DNA of 64,000 nt from positions 2,976,001 through 3,040,000 of the forward strand of contig OZ059895.1 of the NCBI GenBank assembly GCA_964057225.1. Direction: 5' to 3'. The stretch comes from Auanema rhodensis. Lineage: Eukaryota > Animalia > Nematoda. The notes under the pieces are model-generated. The model was not told the origin of the DNA. It searched no databases and worked only from the letters and a program-made list of their open reading frames with translations. The position numbers were made by a program, and so were the translations under genes. Positions 1 through 10,324 of the stretch are shown here, piece after piece; within the stretch, counting starts at the first letter, position 1, and every line of letters begins with the position of its first letter.

Positions 1-375
1 GTACACCCATAAATTATACGCAGCACAGGTTACCCTTAATTAATGAACTGACCGACTAATCAGACATGGATCTTTCCAAGTTCTGTTGCTTGAACGGATG
101 TTTTCCTACGAAGGCTAGTGAAACATGCCCTTCAAAGCATCAGAACATGTGATCACATTCCAATATTTTTGTATCTATCTTGTAAAGATAGTAATATATC
201 ATATGTTGAACACTATGTTGGAAAGATTTTAATTCGGTTTTTTTTCAACTTTCACTCAGTTTGTTTTCTTAACTTTGATTAAGAACCTTGAGTTTTGTAC
301 ACCCATAAATTATACGCAGCACAGGTTACCCTTAAATAATGAACTGACCGACTAATCAGACATGGATCTTTCCTA

Positions 376-442
376 GTTCTGTTGCTTGAATGGATGTTTT
401 CCTACGTAGGCTAGTAAAACATGCCCTTCAAAGCATCAGAAC
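376..442. repeat. Imperfect inverted repeat (potential hairpin/cruciform) present in every monomer, with nested perfect palindrome CCTACGTAGG
   Basis: Left arm GTTCTGTTGCTTGAATGGATGTTTT (376-400) has reverse complement AAAACATCCATTCAAGCAACAGAAC. This aligns to right arm AAAACATGCCCTTCAAAGCATCAGAAC (416-442) with 23/25 matches and two 1-nt bulges. The loop holds CCTACGTAGG (401-410). Confidence 0.9.
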
Positions 443-487
443 ATGTGATCACATTCCAATATTTTTGTATCTATCTTGTAAAGATAG
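443..487. repeat. Short dyads in each monomer: perfect 12 bp palindrome ATGTGATCACAT and 7 bp stem CTATCTT-gta-AAGATAG
   Basis: ATGTGATCACAT at 443-454 is self-complementary. CTATCTT (471-477) is the reverse complement of AAGATAG (481-487). Confidence 0.9.
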
Positions 488-3400
488 TAATATATCATAT
501 GTTGAACACTATGTTGAAAAGATTTTAATTCAGATTTTTTCAACTTTCACTCAGTTTGTTTTCTAAACTTTGATTAAGAACCTTGAGTTTTGTACAGCCA
601 TAAATTATACGCAGCACAGGTTACCCTTAAATAATGAACTGACCGACTAATCAGACATGGATCTTTCCTAGTTCTGTTGCTTGAATGGATGTTTTCCTAC
701 GTAGGCTAGTAAAACATGCCCTTCAAAGCATCAGAACATGTGATCACATTCCAATTTTTTTGTATCTATCTTGTAAAGATAGTAATATATCATATGTTGA
801 ACACTATGTTGGAAAGATTTTAATTCGGTTTTTTTTCAACTTTCACTCAGTTTGTTTTCTTAACTTTGATTAAGAACCTTGTTGTTCGTACACCCATAAA
901 ATATACGCAGCACAGGTTACCCTTAAATAATGAACTGACCGACTAATCACACATGGATCTTTCCTAGTTCTGTTGCTTGAATGGATGTTTTCCTACGTAG
1001 GCTAGTAAAACATGCCCTTCAAAGCATCAGAACATGTGATCACATTCCAATATTTTTGTATCTATCTTGTAAAGATAGTAATATATCATATGTTGAACAC
1101 TATGTTGGAAAGATTTTAAATCAGATTTTTTCAACTTTCACTCAGTTTGTTTTCTTAACTTTGATTAAGAACCTTGTTGTTCGTACACCCATAAAATATA
1201 CGCAGCACAGGTTACCCTTAAATAATGAACTGACCGACTAATCACACATGGATCTTTCCTAGTTCTGTTGCTTGAATGGATGTTTTCCTACGTAGGCTAG
1301 TAAAACATGCCCTTCAAAGCATCAGAACATGTGATCACATTCCAATATTTTTGTATCTATCTTGTAAAGATAGTAATATATCATATGTTGAACACTATGT
1401 TGGAAAGATTTTAATTCGGTTTTTTTTCAACTTTCACTCAGTTTGTTTTCTTAACTTTGATTAAGAACCTTGAGTTTTGTACACCCATAAATTATACGCA
1501 GCACAGGTTACCCTTAACTAATGAACTGACCGACTAATCAGACATGGATCTTTCCTAGTTCTGTTGCTTGAATGGATGTTTTCCTACGTAGGCTAGTAAA
1601 ACATGCCCTTCAAAGCATCAGAACATGTGATCACATTCCAATATTTTTGTATCTATCTTGTAAAGATAGTAATATATCATATGTTGAACACTATGTTGGA
1701 AAGATTTTAATTCAGATTTTTTCAACTTTCACTCAGTTTGTTTTCTAAACTTTGATTGAGAACCTTGAGTTTTGTACACCCATAAATTATACGCAGCACA
1801 GGTTACCCTTAAATAATGAACTGACCGACTAATCAGACATGGATCTTTCCTAGTTCTGTTGCTTGAATGGATGTTTTCCTACGTAGGCTAGTAAAACATG
1901 CCCTTCAAAGCATCAGAACATGTGACCACATTCCAATTTTTTTGTATCTATCTTGTAAAGATAGTAATATATCATATGTTGAACACTATGTTGGAAAGAT
2001 TTTAATTCAGATTTTCGAACTTTTATTCAGTTTGTTTTTTAAACTTTGATTAAGAACTTTGATTTTTGTACACCCATAAATTATACGCAGCACAGGTTAC
2101 CCTTAAATAATGAACTGACCGACTAATCACACATGGATCTTTCCTAGTTCTGTTGCTTGAATGGATGTTTTCCTACGTAGGCTAGTAAAACATGCCCTTC
2201 AAAGCATCAGAACATGTGATCACATTCCAATTTTTTTGTATCTATCTTGTAAAGATAGTAATTATATCATATGTTGAACACTATGTTGGAAAGATTTTAA
2301 TTCAGATTTTCTAACTTTTATTCAGTTTGTTTTTTAAACTTTGATTAAGAACTTTGATTTTCGTACACCCATAAATTATACGCAGCACAGGTTACCCTTA
2401 AATAATGAACTGACCGACTAATCAGACATGGATCTTTCCTAGTTCTGTTGCTTGAATGGATGTTTTCCTACGTAGGCTAGTAAAACATGCCCTTCAAAGC
2501 ATCAGAACATGTGATCACATTCCAATTTTTTTGTATCTATCTTGTAAAGATAGTAATATATCATATGTTGAACACTATGTTGGAAAGATTTTAATTCAGA
2601 TTTTCTAACTTTTATTCAGTTTGTTTTTTAAACTTTGATTAAGAACTTTGATTTTCGTACACCCATAAATTATACGCAGCACAGGTTACCCTTAAATAAT
2701 GAACTGACTGTCTAATCAGACATGGATCTTCCCAAGTTCTGTTGCTTGAATGGATGTTTTCCTACGTAGGCTAGTAAAACATGCCCTTCAAAGCATCAGA
2801 ACATGTGATCACATTCCAATTTTTTTGTATCTATCTTGTAAAGATAGTAATATATCATATGTTGAACACTATGTTGGAAAGATTTTAATTCAGATTTTCG
2901 AACTTTTATTCAGTTTGTTTTTTAAACTTTGATTAAGAACTTTGATTTTTGTACACCCATAAATTATACGCAGCACAGGTTACCCTTAATTAATGAACTG
3001 ACCGACTAATCAGACATGGATCTTTCCAAGTTCTGTTGCTTGAACGGATGTTTTCCTACGAAGGCTAGTGAAACATGCCCTTCAAAGCATCAGAACATGT
3101 GATCACATTCCAATATTTTTGTATCTATCTTGTAAAGATAGTAATATATCATATGTTGAACACTATGTTGGAAAGATTTTAATTCGGTTTTTTTTCAACT
3201 TTCACTCAGTTTGTTTTCTTAACTTTGATTAAGAACCTTGAGTTTTGTACACCCATAAATTATACGCAGCACAGGTTACCCTTAAATAATGAACTGACCG
3301 ACTAATCAGACATGGATCTTTCCTAGTTCTGTTGCTTGAATGGATGTTTTCCTACGTAGGCTAGTAAAACATGCCCTTCAAAGCATCAGAACATGTGATC

Positions 3401-6400
3401 ACATTCCAATATTTTTGTATCTATCTTGTAAAGATAGTAATATATCATATGTTGAACACTATGTTGAAAAGATTTTAATTCAGATTTTTTCAACTTTCAC
3501 TCAGTTTGTTTTCTAAACTTTGATTAAGAACCTTGAGTTTTGTACACCCATAAATTATACGCAGCACAGGTTACCCTTAAATAATGAACTGACCGACTAA
3601 TCAGACATGGATCTTTCCTAGTTCTGTTGCTTGAATGGATGTTTTCCTACGTAGGCTAGTAAAACATGCCCTTCAAAGCATCAGAACATGTGATCACATT
3701 CCAATTTTTTTGTATCTATCTTGTAAAGATAGTAATATATCATATGTTGAACACTATGTTGGAAAGATTTTAATTCAGATTTTCGAACTTTTATTCAGTT
3801 TGTTTTTCAAACTTTGATTAAGAACTTTGATTTTCGTACACCCATAAATTATACGCAGCACAGGTTACCCTTAATTAATGAACTGACCGACTAATCAGAC
3901 ATGGATCTTTCCAAGTTCTGTTGCTTGAACGGATGTTTTCCTACGTAGGCTAGTAAAACATGCCCTTCAAAGCATCAGAACATGTGATCACATTCCAATA
4001 TTTTTGTATCTATCTTGTAAAGATAGTAATATATCATATGTTGAACACTATGTTGGAAAGATTTTAAATCAGATTTTTTCAACTTTCACTCAGTTTGTTT
4101 TCTTAACTTTGATTAAGAACCTTGTTGTTCGTACACCCATAAAATATACGCAGCACAGGTTACCCTTAAATAATGAACTGACCGACTAATCACACATGGA
4201 TCTTTCCTAGTTCTGTTGCTTGAATGGATGTTTTCCTACGTAGGCTAGTAAAACATGCCCTTCAAAGCATCAGAACATGTGATCACATTCCAATATTTTT
4301 GTATCTATCTTGTAAAGATAGTAATATATCATATGTTGAACACTATGTTGGAAAGATTTTAATTCGGTTTTTTTTCAACTTTCACTCAGTTTGTTTTCTT
4401 AACTTTGATTAAGAACCTTGAGTTTTGTACACCCATAAATTATACGCAGCACAGGTTACCCTTAAATAATGAACTGACCGACTAATCAGACATGGATCTT
4501 TCCTAGTTCTGTTGCTTGAATGGATGTTTTCCTACGTAGGCTAGTAAAACATGCCCTTCAAAGCATCAGAACATGTGATCACATTCCAATATTTTTGTAT
4601 CTATCTTGTAAAGATAGTAATATATCATATGTTGAACACTATGTTGGAAAGATTTTAATTCAGATTTTTTCAACTTTCACTCAGTTTGTTTTCTAAACTT
4701 TGATTGAGAACCTTGAGTTTTGTACACCCATAAATTATACGCAGCACAGGTTACCCTTAAATAATGAACTGACCGACTAATCAGACATGGATCTTTCCTA
4801 GTTCTGTTGCTTGAATGGATGTTTTCCTACGTAGGCTAGTAAAACATGCCCTTCAAAGCATCAGAACATGTGACCACATTCCAATTTTTTTGTATCTATC
4901 TTGTAAAGATAGTAATATATCATATGTTGAACACTATGTTGGAAAGATTTTAATTCGGTTTTTTTTCAACTTTCACTCAGTTTGTTTTCTTAACTTTGAT
5001 TAAGAACCTTGAGTTTTGTACACCCATAAATTATACGCAGCACAGGTTACCCTTAAATAATGAACTGACCGACTAATCAGACATGGATCTTTCCTAGTTC
5101 TGTTGCTTGAATGGATGTTTTCCTACGTAGGCTAGTAAAACATGCCCTTCAAAGCATCAGAACATGTGATCACATTCCAATATTTTTGTATCTATCTTGT
5201 AAAGATAGTAATATATCATATGTTGAACACTATGTTGGAAAGATTTTAATTCAGATTTTTTCAACTTTCACTCAGTTTGTTTTCTAAACTTTGATTGAGA
5301 ACCTTGAGTTTTGTACACCCATAAATTATACGCAGCACAGGTTACCCTTAAATAATGAACTGACCGACTAATCAGACATGGATCTTTCCTAGTTCTGTTG
5401 CTTGAATGGATGTTTTCCTACGTAGGCTAGTAAAACATGCCCTTCAAAGCATCAGAACATGTGATCACATTCCAATATTTTTGTATCTATCTTGTAAAGA
5501 TAGTAATATATCATATGTTGAACACTATGTTGGAAAGATTTTAATTCGGTTTTTTTTCAACTTTCACTCAGTTTGTTTTCTTAACTTTGATTAAGAACCT
5601 TGAGTTTTGTACACCCATAAATTATACGCAGCACAGGTTACCCTTAAATAATGAACTGACCGACTAATCAGACATGGATCTTTCCTAGTTCTGTTGCTTG
5701 AATGGATGTTTTCCTACGTAGGCTAGTAAAACATGCCCTTCAAAGCATCAGAACATGTGATCACATTAGAATTTTTTTGTATCTATCTTGTAAAGATAGT
5801 AATATATCATATGTTGAACACTATGTTGGAAAGATTTTAATTCAGATTTTCTAACTTTTATTCAGTTTGTTTTTTAAACTTTGATTAAGAACTTTGATTT
5901 TTGTACACCCATAAATTATACGCAGCACAGGTTACCCTTAAATAATGAACTGACCGACTAATCAGACATGGATCTTTCCAAGTTCTGTTGCTTGAATGGA
6001 TGTTTTCCTACGTAGGCTAGTAAAACATGCCCTTCAAAGCATCAGAACATGTGACCACATTCCAATTTTTTTGTATCTATCTTGTAAAGATAGTAATATA
6101 TCATATGTTGAACACTATGTTGAAAAGATTTTAATTCAGATTTTTTCAACTTTCACTCAGTTTGTTTTCTAAACTTTGATTAAGAACCTTGAGTTTTGTA
6201 CACCCATAAATTATACGCAGCACAGGTTACCCTTAAATAATGAACTGACCGACTAATCAGACATGGATCTTTCCTAGTTCTGTTGCTTGAATGGATGTTT
6301 TCCTACGTAGGCTAGTAAAACATGCCCTTCAAAGCATCAGAACATGTGATCACATTCCAATATTTTTGTATCTATCTTGTAAAGATAGTAATATATCATA

Positions 6401-9400
6401 TGTTGAACACTATGTTGGAAAGATTTTAATTCGGTTTTTTTTCAACTTTCACTCAGTTTGTTTTCTTAACTTTGATTAAGAACCTTGAGTTTTGTACACC
6501 CATAAATTATACGCAGCACAGGTTACCCTTAAATAATGAACTGACCGACTAATCAGACATGGATCTTTCCTAGTTCTGTTGCTTGAATGGATGTTTTCCT
6601 ACGTAGGCTAGTAAAACATGCCCTTCAAAGCATCAGAACATGTGATCACATTCCAATATTTTTGTATCTATCTTGTAAAGATAGTAATATATCATATGTT
6701 GAACACTATGTTGAAAAGATTTTAATTCAGATTTTTTCAACTTTCACTCAGTTTGTTTTCTAAACTTTGATTAAGAACCTTGAGTTTTGTACACCCATAA
6801 ATTATACGCAGCACAGGTTACCCTTAAATAATGAACTGACCGACTAATCAGACATGGATCTTTCCTAGTTCTGTTGCTTGAATGGATGTTTTCCTACGTA
6901 GGCTAGTAAAACATGCCCTTCAAAGCATCAGAACATGTGATCACATTCCAATTTTTTTGTATCTATCTTGTAAAGATAGTAATATATCATATGTTGAACA
7001 CTATGTTGGAAAGATTTTAATTCAGATTTTCGAACTTTTATTCAGTTTGATTTTCAAACTTTGATTAAGAACTTTGATTTTCGTACACCCATAAATTATA
7101 CGCAGCACAGGTTACCCTTAATTAATGAACTGACCGACTAATCAGACATGGATCTTTCCAAGTTCTGTTGCTTGAACGGATGTTTTCCTACGTAGGCTAG
7201 TAAAACATGCCCTTCAAAGCATCAGAACATGTGATCACATTCCAATATTTTTGTATCTATCTTGTAAAGATAGTAATATATCATATGTTGAACACTATGT
7301 TGGAAAGATTTTAATTCGGTTTTTTTTCAACTTTCACTCAGTTTGTTTTCTTAACTTTGATTAAGAACCTTGAGTTTTGTACACCCATAAATTATACGCA
7401 GCACAGGTTACCCTTAAATAATGAACTGACCGACTAATCAGACATGGATCTTTCCTAGTTCTGTTGCTTGAATGGATGTTTTCCTACGTAGGCTAGTAAA
7501 ACATGCCCTTCAAAGCATCAGAACATGTGATCACATTCCAATATTTTTGTATCTATCTTGTAAAGATAGTAATATATCATATGTTGAACACTATGTTGGA
7601 AAGATTTTAATTCAGATTTTTTCAACTTTCACTCAGTTTGTTTTCTAAACTTTGATTGAGAACCTTGAGTTTTGTACACCCATAAATTATACGCAGCACA
7701 GGTTACCCTTAAATAATGAACTGACCGACTAATCAGACATGGATCTTTCCTAGTTCTGTTGCTTGAATGGATGTTTTCCTACGTAGGCTAGTAAAACATG
7801 CCCTTCAAAGCATCAGAACATGTGATCACATTCCAATTTTTTTGTATCTATCTTGTAAAGATAGTAATTATATCATATGTTGAACACTATGTTGGAAAGA
7901 TTTTAATTCAGATTTTCTAACTTTTATTCAGTTTGTTTTTTAAACTTTGATTAAGAACTTTGATTTTCGTACACCCATAAATTATACGCAGCACAGGTTA
8001 CCCTTAAATAATGAACTGACCGACTAATCAGACATGGATCTTTCCTAGTTCTGTTGCTTGAATGGATGTTTTCCTACGTAGGCTAGTAAAACATGCCCTT
8101 CAAAGCATCAGAACATGTGATCACATTAGAATTTTTTTGTATCTATCTTGTAAAGATAGTAATATATCATATGTTGAACACTATGTTGGAAAGATTTTAA
8201 TTCAGATTTTCTAACTTTTATTCAGTTTGTTTTTTAAACTTTGATTAAGAACTTTGATTTTTGTACACCCATAAATTATACGCAGCACAGGTTACCCTTA
8301 AATAATGAACTGACCGACTAATCAGACATGGATCTTTCCAAGTTCTGTTGCTTGAATGGATGTTTTCCTACGTAGGCTAGTAAAACATGCCCTTCAAAGC
8401 ATCAGAACATGTGACCACATTCCAATTTTTTTGTATCTATCTTGTAAAGATAGTAATATATCATATGTTGAACACTATGTTGAAAAGATTTTAATTCAGA
8501 TTTTTTCAACTTTCACTCAGTTTGTTTTCTAAACTTTGATTAAGAACCTTGAGTTTTGTACACCCATAAATTATACGCAGCACAGGTTACCCTTAAATAA
8601 TGAACTGACCGACTAATCAGACATGGATCTTTCCTAGTTCTGTTGCTTGAATGGATGTTTTCCTACGTAGGCTAGTAAAACATGCCCTTCAAAGCATCAG
8701 AACATGTGATCACATTCCAATATTTTTGTATCTATCTTGTAAAGATAGTAATATATCATATGTTGAACACTATGTTGGAAAGATTTTAATTCAGATTTTC
8801 TAACTTTTATTCAGTTTGTTTTTTAAACTTTGATTAAGAACTTTGATTTTTGTACACCCATAAATTATACGCAGCACAGGTTACCCTTAAATAATGAACT
8901 GACCGACTAATCAGACATGGATCTTTCCAAGTTCTGTTGCTTGAATGGATGTTTTCCTACGTAGGCTAGTAAAACATGCCCTTCAAAGCATCAGAACATG
9001 TGACCACATTCCAATATTTTTGTATCTATCTTGTAAAGATAGTAATATATCATATGTTGAACACTATGTTGGAAAGATTTTAATTCAGATTTTCTAACTT
9101 TTATTCAGTTTGTTTTTTAAACTTTGATTAAGAACTTTGATTTTTGTACACCCATAAATTATACGCAGCACAGGTTACCCTTAAATAATGAACTGACCGA
9201 CTAATCACACATGGATCTTTCCTAGTTCTGTTGCTTGAATGGATGTTTTTCTACGTAGGCTAGTAAAACATGACCTTCAAAGCATCAGAACATGTGATCA
9301 CATTCCAATATTTTTGTATCTATCTTGTAAAGATAGTAATATATCATATGTTGAACACTATGTTGGAAAGATTTTAATTCAGATTTTCTAACTTTTATTC

Positions 9401-10324
9401 AGTTTGTTTTTTAAACTTTGATTAAGAACTTTGATTTTTGTACACCCACAAATTATACGCAGCACAGGTTACCCTTAAATAATGAACTGACCGACTAATC
9501 AGACATGGATCTTTCCTAGTTCTGTTGCTTGAATGGATGTTTTCCTACGTAGGCTAGTAAAACATGCCCTTCAAAGCATCAGAACATGTGACCACATTCC
9601 AATTTTTTTGTATCTATCTTGTAAAGATAGTAATATATCATATGTTGAACACTATGTTGAAAAGATTTTAATTCAGATTTTTTCAACTTTCACTCAGTTT
9701 GTTTTCTAAACTTTGATTAAGAACCTTGAATTTTGTACACCCATAAAATATACGCAGCACAGGTTACCCTTAAATAATGAACTGACTGTCTAATCAGACA
9801 TGGATCTTCCCAAGTTCTGTTGCTTGAATGGATGTTTTCCTACGTAGGCTAGTAAAACATGCCCTTCAAAGCATCAGAACATGTGATCACATTCCAATAT
9901 TTTTGTATCTATCTTGTAAAGATAGTAATATATCATATGTTGAACACTATGTTGAAAAGATTTTAATTCAGATTTTTTCAACTTTCACTCAGTTTGTTTT
10001 CTAAACTTTGATTAAGAACCTTGAGTTTTGTACACCCATAAATTATACGCAGCACAGGTTACCCTTAAATAATGAACTGACCGACTAATCAAACATGGAT
10101 CTTTCCTAGTTCTGTTGCTTGAATGGATGTTTTCCTACGTAGGCTAGTAAAACATGCCCTTCAAAGCATCAGAACATGTGATCACATTCCAATATTTTTG
10201 TATCTATCTTGTAAAGATAGTAATATATCATATGTTGAACACTATGTTGAAAAGATTTTAATTCAGATTTTTTCAACTTTCACTCAGTTTGTTTTCTAAA
10301 CTTTGATTAAGAACCTTGAGTTTT

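Larger units (their letters stand above)
297..591. repeat. Representative 295 bp monomer (subtype with tail CAGATTTTTTCAACTTTCACTC...TTCTAAAC...CCTTGAGTTTT)
   Basis: GTACACCC starts at 297 and the next monomer starts at 592. Confidence 0.97.

Noticed and set aside
401-415. Helitron-like 3' end (palindrome followed by CTAG|T)
   Set aside because: The palindrome is only 10 bp and directly abuts CTAG, instead of being a 16-20 bp GC-rich hairpin about 10-15 nt upstream. There is no other Helitron evidence.
376-442. Rho-independent terminator or miRNA precursor call for the hairpin
   Set aside because: There is no gene context, no following U-tract and no expression evidence, so it is reported only as an inverted repeat.
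297-591. Canonical CENP-B box, telomeric repeats, or identity with alpha satellite or Arabidopsis CEN178
   Set aside because: No TTCG-N4-A-N2-CGGG motif and no telomere motif arrays are present, and I see no recognisable similarity to those families.
297-591. Monomer as a recent dimer of two ~147 bp subunits
   Set aside because: The two halves show no evident alignment by eye and differ in composition. Only an ancient relationship remains possible.
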